NCBI GenBank assembly: GCA_902584635.1
Contig: CACIAQ010000002.1
Location: forward strand, 27,147-91,146
Length of the DNA stretch: 64,000 nucleotides
Reading direction: 5' to 3'
Source of the DNA: an uncultured Alphaproteobacteria bacterium
Lineage (GTDB): Bacteria > Pseudomonadota > Alphaproteobacteria > Rhodobacterales > Rhodobacteraceae
Shown: one piece after another, positions 6,825 to 15,901 of the stretch
Layout of the letters: each line of letters opens with the position of its first letter
Position numbering within the stretch: the first letter of the stretch is position 1
Notes under the pieces: generated by a model
What the model was told of the DNA's origin: nothing
The model's input: the letters and a program-made list of their open reading frames with translations, nothing else
The model's database searches: none
Made by a program: the position numbers and the translations under genes

Positions 6825-7003
6825 ATCTTTGGGTGAAAATAATGTATAATGACACTTTGTTATACAATGTATTAGATTATATTTTATTCATATAAAGTCA
6901 TGTAAATGAAATTCCCGTTAAAGTAGCATGAACTTAATTCTTTTAAAAACTGTTACTTATTGTGCGATATTTTAATTCACTTCAGTAAAAAAAGGAAAAA
7001 TAT

Positions 7004-7822
7004 ATGTCAGTAAGAGTAGAAAAAAGCAAAGGAGTGTGGACAATCATTCATTCTCGTCCTGAGACCAGAAACGCAATGGATCCAGCTAGCGCTGATGAAT
7101 TAACAGATGCTTTTTTAGAATTTAATGAAAATAATGAAGGAAAAGTTGCAGTTTTTTGGGGGGAAGGAGGAGCCTTTTGCGCGGGGTGGGATTTAAAGTT
7201 CGCCTCTACGCTAGATACGGATGATCCACTGAGGGACTTAGATATTAACTTAAATGATAAGGTTTTAAAAGACAACAATTTGATGCCTAGAGGACCTATG
7301 GGCCCGAGTCGGCTAAACCTCAAAAAGCCAGTGATTGGAGCCATAGCCGGACCAGCTGTAGCGGGTGGGATGGAGTTAGCTCTGTGGTGTGATTTCAGAG
7401 TTATGGAGGTCTCCTCTTATCTTGGCGTATATTGTAGGAGGTGGGGGATCCCTTTAATAGATGGAGGCACAATTAGGCTGCCGAGAATCGTCGGGCGAGG
7501 CCGTGCTTTGGAAATTATATTGACAGGAAGGCAAGTAAAAGCGGATGAGTGCTTGGCTCTAGGTCTATGTGAGTACATTTCAGAAAATGGCCAGTCTAGA
7601 CAAAAAGCTGAGGAATTAGCCGATCAAATTGCGAAATTTCCTCAAATATGTGTTCAGGCAGATAGGAGGTCTGTGTATGATCAAGAAGGTCTTTCAATGG
7701 CCGAGGCATTGAGAAAGGAATGGTTTAATGGGAAAAAAGCATTATCGGAAGAGGGATTAAATGGTGCCAATAATTTTAAAAAAGGTTTTGGTAGACATGG
7801 AGATTTTGATAAGCTTAGTTGA
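7004..7822 (+). CDS. Enoyl-CoA hydratase/isomerase (crotonase) family protein
   Basis: 272 aa. NAMD...FCAGWDLK...GPAVAGGMELALWCDFRV carries the crotonase oxyanion-hole motifs. Confidence 0.85.
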   Translation: MSVRVEKSKGVWTIIHSRPETRNAMDPASADELTDAFLEFNENNEGKVAVFWGEGGAFCAGWDLKFASTLDTDDPLRDLDINLNDKVLKDNNLMPRGPMGPSRLNLKKPVIGAIAGPAVAGGMELALWCDFRVMEVSSYLGVYCRRWGIPLIDGGTIRLPRIVGRGRALEIILTGRQVKADECLALGLCEYISENGQSRQKAEELADQIAKFPQICVQADRRSVYDQEGLSMAEALRKEWFNGKKALSEEGLNGANNFKKGFGRHGDFDKLS

Positions 7823-7910
7823 GTGAATAGACTAAAAATTTTCTTATTTGCTTGAGATAAAAGTTTTCTGATATAAATCTAATATAGGATAAATAAGAAA
7901 GAGATAAAAT

Positions 7911-9035
7911 ATGGCGCTTTTACAGAATGTAGATCCTGACGGCTTATTCGAGTACTCGGTGGTTTTCACAGATAGATCTTTGAATCATATGTCCAAAAAT
8001 TTTCAATCAATAATGAGAAGTCTCTCTAAAAATCTAAAGAAAGTTTATGGCTCAGAAGGAATTGCTCTAATTCCAGGTGGAGGTACATTTGGAATGGAAG
8101 CTATTGCACGACAGTTTGCTAACGACCAAAATGTTTTAGTAATAAGAAACGGTTGGTTCAGTTTTCGGTGGAGTCAGATTTTTTCCAAAGGAAACATTAC
8201 TTCTGATGTCAAGGTTTTAAGCGCTTCCCCAACATTTGACAACTTTCAAGCTCCTTATAAACCAGTATCTATAGATGAAATCACACTGTATATAAATGAA
8301 AATAAGCCGGCTGTCGTTTTTGCGCCGCATGTCGAAACTTCATCAGGGATAATGCTACCTGATGAATACCTGAAAGCAATATCAAGCGCTGTGCATTCTC
8401 ATGGAGGTATTTTTGTTCTAGATTGCGTTGCTTCAGGCGCCGCATGGGTTGATATGACAGCTACTGAAGTAGACGTTTTGTTAACTGCTCCACAAAAAGG
8501 ATGGTCTTCATCTCCGTGTGCGGGTGTTGTAATGCTCAGCCAAAATGCAATTAACATGATGGATAAAACCGAAAGCTCAAGCTTCAGTTGCGATTTAAAG
8601 AAATGGTTTGGTATCATGAATGCATATGAAAATAATGGGCATGCGTACCATGCTACAATGCCGACTGACTCGCTTGTTAAATTTGAAGAGACAGTAAAAG
8701 AGACTGAGGAGTTTGGTTTTGAAAATGCTAGAGATAAACAGAATTATATTGGGCTCTCCATCAGAGCCTTATTAGAAGACAAGGGTTTCAAGAGTGTGGC
8801 TGCAGATGCTTTTAAGGCAACCAGTGTGATAGTAAGTTTTACAGAAAATGACTCATTTCAAAACGGAAAAATTTTTGCAGAAAATGGAATGCAAATAGCT
8901 GCCGGCGTTCCACTAGAATGTGGTGAGGGAAACGATTTTAAGACCTTTAGATTGGGTCTTTTCGGTTTAGACAAGCTTAAGAATCCTGATAGAACTATTT
9001 CGAATTTCAAAGATGTATTAGAAAAAGTTTGCTAG
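7911..9035 (+). CDS. Class V (AGXT/PhnW-like) PLP-dependent aminotransferase
   Basis: 374 aa. PGGGTFGMEA..., HVETSSG, VLDCVASG and APQKGWSSSPCAG (PLP-lysine context) are typical of class V aminotransferases. Confidence 0.8.
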   Translation: MALLQNVDPDGLFEYSVVFTDRSLNHMSKNFQSIMRSLSKNLKKVYGSEGIALIPGGGTFGMEAIARQFANDQNVLVIRNGWFSFRWSQIFSKGNITSDVKVLSASPTFDNFQAPYKPVSIDEITLYINENKPAVVFAPHVETSSGIMLPDEYLKAISSAVHSHGGIFVLDCVASGAAWVDMTATEVDVLLTAPQKGWSSSPCAGVVMLSQNAINMMDKTESSSFSCDLKKWFGIMNAYENNGHAYHATMPTDSLVKFEETVKETEEFGFENARDKQNYIGLSIRALLEDKGFKSVAADAFKATSVIVSFTENDSFQNGKIFAENGMQIAAGVPLECGEGNDFKTFRLGLFGLDKLKNPDRTISNFKDVLEKVC

Positions 9036-9042
9036 CAAATTG

Positions 9043-9471
9043 TCACTCGTCTTTTTTACTTTCCGTAGACGAAAATGCTTCTCTCATTGATTTCATCACA
9101 CTGCCCATTCTTGGATTTCGGTTGCAGTCTGAAATCATAACCATTTCTTTCTTAGCTCTTTGTATCTCTCCATCATATCTGAATTGTGGGAAATTTGGAG
9201 ACATCCACAACCTTAGAGGGGCATTTCTTTCAGTACGCAAAATGGCAATTTTGCCGTAAAAAGGTGTCTTAATTTTAGTGCTCTCATCTAGCACTACAAA
9301 TGCATCATTAGTTATTGTACATCTGTTTTCAAGGGTAACTCTCACTCTAATTACTTCTTCGCCTTTGAACTCTTTAAAAACTTTGGGGAGCAGAAAAAGA
9401 CTGCCAAGAATTATGATTGCGATACATGCAAAAACAAATGAAGCTTCTTTAGTTCTCATATTTTTAACCAT
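9043..9471 (-). CDS. Hypothetical membrane-anchored protein
   Basis: 142 aa with one N-terminal hydrophobic helix (ASFVFACIAIIILGSLFLL). No recognisable domain. Confidence 0.5.
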   Translation of the reverse strand: MVKNMRTKEASFVFACIAIIILGSLFLLPKVFKEFKGEEVIRVRVTLENRCTITNDAFVVLDESTKIKTPFYGKIAILRTERNAPLRLWMSPNFPQFRYDGEIQRAKKEMVMISDCNRNPRMGSVMKSMREAFSSTESKKDE

Positions 9472-9481
9472 TTCTTATGAT

Positions 9482-10471
9482 CTAGGTTTTTATGTCAGCC
9501 CAACAAGACAATTGGTCTCCTTTTTTTTTGCATGCTGCTTTTATCGCATTGCCAACCGCCTGAGTGATACATAAAGCAGAGAGCTGACACACTAGCATAA
9601 GATCTGTATCCTTACTAACAAAAGGCTGTGTTCCCGATGTAGCTGCAAAAATAATATCCCCATCAAAGGGAGTATGGCTAGGTTCAATTGCTCTTGCTAT
9701 TCCTGTATGGGCGGATGTTGCTATTCGGTTCAGGTCATTTTTACTGAAATCTAAGTTTGTACAAACTATACCTAACGTGGTTGCTTCCCCCGTAAGAAGC
9801 TTTGTAGAGTTAATTAATGAACTCTTCTTGGGTATTTTTAAATGCATGTCTTTATCATTACTATAAAAATCTGAAAAAAGAATGTTTGTACCAGGAAAAC
9901 AGGGTGACCCAACCGAATTAACCGCTACCAGTGCACCCACTTTTATTCTATCCTCAAAAAAGATTGAACTAGTGCCTAAACCGCCTTTTACAACGCTTGT
10001 AGTTGCTCCACACCCAGCCCCTACAGAGCCAAGTTCAAGATCATCTGAGACATTTAAATAAGCATTTCTGCCAATATCACCATAAGGGTTTATTTTCCAG
10101 TCTTTAAACCCACCATTTTTAAGGTCAAAAAGAATTGCACTTGGTACTAGAGGAACTCTAATAGCACCAGCATCAAAACCGCGATTTTGGCTTTTTAGAC
10201 AATCCATTACTCCACTTGACGCATCTAAACCAAATGCAGACCCACCAGCAAGGACAATTGCATCAATATTTTCAACAATTTTATCTGGTGATAGTAAGTC
10301 TGTTTCCTTTGTACCCGGTGCCCCCCCTAAAATACTTACACTTGCCTTAAAAGCAGTTGATCGTGTTAAGACAGTTGCTCCAGACTTTATGTGATCATCA
10401 TGAGCATTCCCGACTAGGAAACCATCTATGTCTGTAATCGAATTTTTTGGACCATTAGATAGATTCAACAT
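9482..10471 (-). CDS. Peptidase family S58 (DmpA/BapA-type L-aminopeptidase/D-esterase, P1 family)
   Basis: 329 aa. ITDIDGFLVGNAHD...GATVLT...GGAPGTKETDLL...AIVLAGGSAFGLDA fits the DmpA/Ntn-hydrolase pattern. Confidence 0.8.
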   Translation of the reverse strand: MLNLSNGPKNSITDIDGFLVGNAHDDHIKSGATVLTRSTAFKASVSILGGAPGTKETDLLSPDKIVENIDAIVLAGGSAFGLDASSGVMDCLKSQNRGFDAGAIRVPLVPSAILFDLKNGGFKDWKINPYGDIGRNAYLNVSDDLELGSVGAGCGATTSVVKGGLGTSSIFFEDRIKVGALVAVNSVGSPCFPGTNILFSDFYSNDKDMHLKIPKKSSLINSTKLLTGEATTLGIVCTNLDFSKNDLNRIATSAHTGIARAIEPSHTPFDGDIIFAATSGTQPFVSKDTDLMLVCQLSALCITQAVGNAIKAACKKKGDQLSCWADIKT

Positions 10472-10479
10472 TTGATTAT

Positions 10480-11220
10480 TTATATTGTTCTTCCACCATC
10501 AACCTCCAAATTGGCTCCAGTAATCATACTAGCTGAGTCAGAACAAAGGAAGAGAGCAGCAGAAGCAATATCTTCAGGCATAGAAAATCGACCTAACGGT
10601 ATGGTAGACAAAAACTTTCCTCTCATCTCGGGAGTATCTTCTCCTAAAAAAGATTTCAACAAAGGTGTTTCTCCAGCAACTGGATTCACAACATTTACCC
10701 TTATTCCGAATGGAGCAAGTTCAACCGCCATAGTTTTTGAAGCGAGTATCATCCAACCTTTTGATGAGTTATACCAATTTAAATTTGGTCTTGGAGAGAC
10801 GCCTGCAGTACTCGCTATATTGAGTATCACACCACTCTTGTTTTCTTTAAAATGTGGCACAAAATGCTTAGCCGTAAGGTAAACTGATTTGCAATTTACG
10901 TTAAATACTCGATCAAACTCATCTTCTTCTATAGTTTCCATAGGTGCTGGCAGATGAGTAATGCCAGCATTATTAACTAGGATATCAACCGTTTTATGTT
11001 CATTAATCACCTTTTCTTTCATTCGTTCAACGCTGCCTGCGTTTGATACGTCTACTTTAACTGGATATCCTCCTATGTGTTCAGCTACTTTTTTAGCGCT
11101 GTCGATATGTATATCTGCAACAATTACCTTTGCTCCATTTTTTGCAAATAGGTCGGCCATTGAAGCCCCGAAGCCAGAACCTCCACCTGTTATAATTGCA
11201 GTCTTATCTTTTAGTTGCAT
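10480..11220 (-). CDS. Short-chain dehydrogenase/reductase (FabG-like)
   Basis: 246 aa. TGGGSGFG, NNAG and YNSSK catalytic motifs. Confidence 0.85.
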   Translation of the reverse strand: MQLKDKTAIITGGGSGFGASMADLFAKNGAKVIVADIHIDSAKKVAEHIGGYPVKVDVSNAGSVERMKEKVINEHKTVDILVNNAGITHLPAPMETIEEDEFDRVFNVNCKSVYLTAKHFVPHFKENKSGVILNIASTAGVSPRPNLNWYNSSKGWMILASKTMAVELAPFGIRVNVVNPVAGETPLLKSFLGEDTPEMRGKFLSTIPLGRFSMPEDIASAALFLCSDSASMITGANLEVDGGRTI

Positions 11221-11343
11221 GCTTAGCCCCTTATTTTAAATTAATGTAATTATTGTAATTTACTTTTTATTAAAAATAAAATTGAGATTTAAAGTAAATA
11301 TGTCTCATAATTTATTTACAAAAATCAAAATATAGTTATTGGT

Positions 11344-12207
11344 TTGCCTATGAAAAACGATGTTGCACGAGATATATCCTATGCTAATTCCTCTAACGGG
11401 TTAGTTGGTAAGTTACTTATTCGGTCTATAGAAAATATAACTGGGCGGATAGGCTTAATAAAAAGAGCAAAAGATTATGACAAAGAAGTCGCTAGTGGTC
11501 GAAATTTTTGGGAAGTTATTCTTGAGAGATACAATATAGAAATGAACCTGGTTAGGGGGTCTCTGGAAGACATACCAAAAGAAGGTCCTGTAGTGATTGT
11601 CTCTAACCATCCATTTGGTATTTTAGATGGTTTGCTCCTTGGTTACATTTTATCCAAGACAAGAAAAGATTTCAAAATAATCGCAAATAGAGTGTTTAGG
11701 AAAGCAAAAGATCTTGACCAGGTTGTTCTTCCCATAAGTTTTGAGGAAAATAGAGAAGGAAACCTCCAGAATATAAATACCAGAAATGAAGCAATTCGCT
11801 TTTTAAAAGCCGGTGGTATCGTCGGAATTTTCCCTGGCGGCACAGTTGCAACCTCAGCAAAGCTTTTTAGTCGTCCTCTTGATCCATTCTGGAAAAGGTT
11901 TACATCAAAACTGATTTTAAAATCCAATGCTACTGTCGTACCAATATTTTTTGGAGGCAGTAACAGTCGGCTGTTTCAGATTGCAAGTCATATGAGTTAC
12001 AACCTTAGAATGGGCCTATTGATTAGAGAGTTTGGTTTGAAAGTTGATAAAAAAATAGATGTTGCCATTGGAAGAAAAATAATGTCAAAATACCTGCAAA
12101 GATATTCTAAAGATCTTGATGCTATGATGGAATATTTGAGGATTCAGTCATATTCACTTTCAAATGACCCTAACCAAACATTTGAAACCGGTTTGTTTTT
12201 AGGATAG
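11344..12207 (+). CDS. Lysophospholipid (PlsC-family) acyltransferase
   Basis: 287 aa. NHPFGILD (H-x4-D) and FPGGT motifs. Confidence 0.7.
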   Translation: MPMKNDVARDISYANSSNGLVGKLLIRSIENITGRIGLIKRAKDYDKEVASGRNFWEVILERYNIEMNLVRGSLEDIPKEGPVVIVSNHPFGILDGLLLGYILSKTRKDFKIIANRVFRKAKDLDQVVLPISFEENREGNLQNINTRNEAIRFLKAGGIVGIFPGGTVATSAKLFSRPLDPFWKRFTSKLILKSNATVVPIFFGGSNSRLFQIASHMSYNLRMGLLIREFGLKVDKKIDVAIGRKIMSKYLQRYSKDLDAMMEYLRIQSYSLSNDPNQTFETGLFLG

Positions 12208-12217
12208 TTTTGACGGC

Positions 12218-13261
12218 ATGACCGATAGTATTTATAATCCCGTATCAGTTTCAATCATTGGTGGTAGTGGTTATACCGGAGCAGAGCTTATTCGTCTGTT
12301 ATCAAAACACCCATATTTTAACTTATTTCAAGTTGTAGCTAATAGAAATGTGGGTAAAAAAATTCACAATGTATTCCCCCATCTTAGACATTTAGATTTA
12401 CCAGACTTTATAAGCTTTAAAGAAATGAATTTCGAAGAAGTTGATATAATTTTTTGCGCTTTGCCACATGCTACAAGTCAGGAGATAATAGTAAAGATTC
12501 CAGAAGAAAAAAAAATTATTGATTTATCAGCAGATTTTAGATTAGAGCGGGTTGAAGAATATGAAAGATGGTATGGGAAAAAACATATCGCTCCCGTTCT
12601 GCAAGAAAAGGCAGTTTATGGATTGACTGAAATTTACAAGAAAAAAATTAAAGATGGGTCTTTGATTGCCTGCACCGGTTGTAATTCTGCCGCGACACTT
12701 TATCCTTTAATCCCACTTTTAAGTGAGAGAGTTATACAGGAAAATAATTTAACGATTAACCTTGGAGCGGGGGTATCTGGCGCAGGACGAGACGCAAAGC
12801 AAAATATCATTCACTCAGAGGTTTCTGAAGGTGTAAAACCATATAATGTTGGTAAGCATAGGCATATAGCTGAATTACAGCAAGAATTCAAAAAGTTTAC
12901 AAATAACAAAGTCGATATAACATTTATCCCACATTTGCTGCCTCAAAATAGAGGGGTTATTGTATCCATACCTATACCAGCAACATCTTCACTAGTTCAT
13001 AAAACATTGGAAAACTATTACAAAGGCTCTCCTTTTGTGATTGTTTTACCGATTGAAGAAATTCCAGCCACACAACATGTAAGGGGCTCAAATTTTTGCC
13101 ATATTGGTGTCGTTTCCGATCTTTCCAAAGACAGAAGTGTCGTTATTTCAGTTTTAGATAATTTGATTAAAGGCTCAGCGGGTCAAGCTATTCAGAACGC
13201 GAATATAATGTTCGACTTTGATGAAACAGCTGGTTTATTAGAAAGCCCAATTTTCCCTTGA
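12218..13261 (+). CDS. argC: N-acetyl-gamma-glutamyl-phosphate reductase
   Basis: 347 aa. GGSGYTGAELIRLL N-terminus and an active-site Cys context (ACTGCNSAA). Confidence 0.9.
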   Translation: MTDSIYNPVSVSIIGGSGYTGAELIRLLSKHPYFNLFQVVANRNVGKKIHNVFPHLRHLDLPDFISFKEMNFEEVDIIFCALPHATSQEIIVKIPEEKKIIDLSADFRLERVEEYERWYGKKHIAPVLQEKAVYGLTEIYKKKIKDGSLIACTGCNSAATLYPLIPLLSERVIQENNLTINLGAGVSGAGRDAKQNIIHSEVSEGVKPYNVGKHRHIAELQQEFKKFTNNKVDITFIPHLLPQNRGVIVSIPIPATSSLVHKTLENYYKGSPFVIVLPIEEIPATQHVRGSNFCHIGVVSDLSKDRSVVISVLDNLIKGSAGQAIQNANIMFDFDETAGLLESPIFP

Positions 13262-13262
13262 T

Positions 13263-13679
13263 ATGAGTAATTCTAATAAAAAAAGAATGCGAATAATGTT
13301 TATTTCTTTTGGCATATTTGCTTTGTTGGTAACAACTATCATATTGTTATTTGCCTTTAGATCAGGCATTGAATTTTATAAGTCTCCTACCCAGCTACTT
13401 GAAGTACGTGATGAAACAATCAGATTAAGGGTAGGTGGTTTGGTAAAGCGAAATAGTGTTAAAAGCTCGGGAACTAATAACTTATTCACCATAACAGATG
13501 GCGCTAACGAAGTTAAGGTTGAATTTATTGGAGTGTTACCAGATCTTTTTGCTGAAGGTCGAGGAGTAATCGTCAGAGGTCAACTTAAAGAAAGTGTTTT
13601 TGTCGCATCTCAAGTTTTAGCTAAACATGATGAAAAATATATGCCTCGAGAACTCGAGAAAACACTGAGTAGTGATTGA
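13263..13679 (+). CDS. ccmE: Cytochrome c-type biogenesis heme chaperone CcmE
   Basis: 138 aa. N-terminal anchor, LRVGGLV, LPDLFAEGRGVIVRG and the heme-binding LAKHDEKYMP motif. Confidence 0.85.
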   Translation: MSNSNKKRMRIMFISFGIFALLVTTIILLFAFRSGIEFYKSPTQLLEVRDETIRLRVGGLVKRNSVKSSGTNNLFTITDGANEVKVEFIGVLPDLFAEGRGVIVRGQLKESVFVASQVLAKHDEKYMPRELEKTLSSD

Positions 13680-13691
13680 TCAGATTAAAAC

Positions 13692-14852
13692 TTAATTCTT
13701 TATGAAAAATGATGACGCAAGCGTTGTAGCACCTACTAAGATAAGCATGCTCACTAATGCCAATATGGCATTACTATTTTCTATATTCCAACCCAAAACG
13801 CCACTTGAGATTGCCGACGTAGTTACCATTAATGCAGAACTTATACCAGAAGCACTTCCTGCTAAACTCGGAACCGCCTGAATGATCGCTGTGTTTGCGA
13901 CAGGCCATATTATCCCTATTCCAAAAGCCATTATTATCATTGGCACAAAAAAAGACAAATGATGAGAGTATAAATTTGTAGTAAGAAGTGATAGGAATGG
14001 TCCTATTATTAATAGTATTGAACCAAAAATTAAAAGGAGCCTTGTACTAAATCTGGATACTAGTTTGCCAACAATGATGTTTCCCGGTACAAATCCCAGA
14101 GGCATCAAAGTCATAAGCAGTCCAATTTGTGATGGAGAAAGATCATATGCCGTTGCTGAAATGAAGGGAGCGCCTACAAAAAATATACCAAATATTGAAA
14201 AACTAAATGAAGAGACCAAAGTTGGTGGCCAAAACTTTATGGATGAAAGTAACAACGGGTAAGATCTGATTTGACTTAGCAGGCTTTCTGATCTTTGAAA
14301 ATTAGTTTCTTTAAGATCGAAGATGATAAGAACAAAAAGGAAAAAACCTAGAGCTGTCAGAAAAGTAAAGATTTGCATAGATCCAAAATATTCTGAGATC
14401 AGTCCTCCTAATAAAGGTCCAACTAATGGGCCTATAGCCATTATGGTAGAAATATATCCAAACATTACTGTTGCTTTGCTACCCTTATAAATATCTCCTA
14501 CAATAACTCTAGCGAGGACCATTCCTGCTGCAGAGGTCGCTTGCAGAAATCGAAAAAAAAGAAATACGTATATATTCTCCGAAAAATAAGATCCTAAAGA
14601 TGACAGAATAAATATAATGAAAAAACCGATAGCAATAGGACGCCTTCCAAATCTATCTGATAATGGGCCAGCAATTAAATTGACTATCGCTGCGCCTATT
14701 GAAAATGCAGAAACACTGAGCTGAATCGTTCTATAATCACTAGAAAATATTACTCCTAAATCTGGCAGAGCTGGAACGATAATTACTTGTGATAAAATAT
14801 ATATACCGGCAATAGCCGATAAAGTAATGTTTGTTGGTGCTGATGAAGACAT
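13692..14852 (-). CDS. MFS transporter (DHA1, Bcr/CflA-like)
   Basis: 386 aa with about 12 hydrophobic segments and the GPLSDRFGRRP loop motif. Confidence 0.8.
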   Translation of the reverse strand: MSSSAPTNITLSAIAGIYILSQVIIVPALPDLGVIFSSDYRTIQLSVSAFSIGAAIVNLIAGPLSDRFGRRPIAIGFFIIFILSSLGSYFSENIYVFLFFRFLQATSAAGMVLARVIVGDIYKGSKATVMFGYISTIMAIGPLVGPLLGGLISEYFGSMQIFTFLTALGFFLFVLIIFDLKETNFQRSESLLSQIRSYPLLLSSIKFWPPTLVSSFSFSIFGIFFVGAPFISATAYDLSPSQIGLLMTLMPLGFVPGNIIVGKLVSRFSTRLLLIFGSILLIIGPFLSLLTTNLYSHHLSFFVPMIIMAFGIGIIWPVANTAIIQAVPSLAGSASGISSALMVTTSAISSGVLGWNIENSNAILALVSMLILVGATTLASSFFIKN

Positions 14853-14923
14853 TTACAAAAGTTTTTAACTTAAACTACGTTACTGCGATAGCAGAAAATG
14901 AATAGAAGTAAAGCTTTGAATGA

Positions 14924-15901
14924 CTAAAGACAACCAATGAGTTTAGCTTTTTGCAGCGTTAGGCTAAGTATTGCGTTAATATAGGGTGTTGGTGAGTTTG
15001 TTAAATCACCTAACTCTCTGACCGCTACTATAATTGAGTCTACCTCAATTGGTTTTCGGGATTCAATATCTTGGAGCATAGAAGTTTTATGAGCTCCTAC
15101 CTTTCTAGCCCCATCAATCCTTTTTTCAATAGACATATTTATCTTCGCTCCTAATTCTTCTGCAATTGTTTTTGCTTCAAACATCATTTCTCTTACAATT
15201 GCTTCCGTTCCTTTGTCGTTACAAATTTGTTCCAGGGTTCCCCCAGTAAGCGCAGATATCGGATTGAAACTGAGATTTCCGATTAACTTTAGCCAAATCT
15301 CATCACGAATATTTTTTTGTATCGGTGCCCTGAGGCCTGCTTTCTTTAATAGTTCAGATATGAATTTTAATCGAGAGCTTTCACTTCCGTCAGGCTCACC
15401 AAGACTAAACCTGTTTCCTGCAATATGCTTAATTTTGCCTGGTTCGACTATCTCACATGCAGGATAGACAACTGATCCCACGATGTTATCTGGAGGTAAA
15501 ATATTATCAATAAGCAAATCTGGATCTAAGCACTCTATTTTATAATTTGCATACTTATTATCTAACTTATGAAAGTACCAGTGAGGAATGCCATTCATAC
15601 AAGTAATTATTGTTGTATTTTTTCCAATAAGAGGCTTTATGGTTTCAAGACTAGGTAAAAGTGCAGGTGACTTTATAGTCAGGAAAAGATAATCCTGTAC
15701 ACCTAAAGAATTGGCATCATCGGTGCAATTGACAACTATTGTTATTTCGTCTCCTAACGGATCAATTAGAGTAAGACCATTTTTTTTCATCACCTCTAAG
15801 TGTTGCCCTCTTGCAATAACGCTTACCTTTATTCCTATCTTTTCTAAGTTTACTGCTAAAAGACCTCCGATTGACCCACCTCCAAAGATACAAATTTTCA
15901 T
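14924..15901 (-). CDS. Ketopantoate-reductase family (PanE/ApbA-like) 2-dehydropantoate 2-reductase homologue
   Basis: 325 aa. MKICIFGGGSIGG Rossmann N-terminus and KTSMLQD motif. Its start overlaps the stop of the upstream ligase (ATGA at 15898-15901). Confidence 0.8.
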   Translation of the reverse strand: MKICIFGGGSIGGLLAVNLEKIGIKVSVIARGQHLEVMKKNGLTLIDPLGDEITIVVNCTDDANSLGVQDYLFLTIKSPALLPSLETIKPLIGKNTTIITCMNGIPHWYFHKLDNKYANYKIECLDPDLLIDNILPPDNIVGSVVYPACEIVEPGKIKHIAGNRFSLGEPDGSESSRLKFISELLKKAGLRAPIQKNIRDEIWLKLIGNLSFNPISALTGGTLEQICNDKGTEAIVREMMFEAKTIAEELGAKINMSIEKRIDGARKVGAHKTSMLQDIESRKPIEVDSIIVAVRELGDLTNSPTPYINAILSLTLQKAKLIGCL

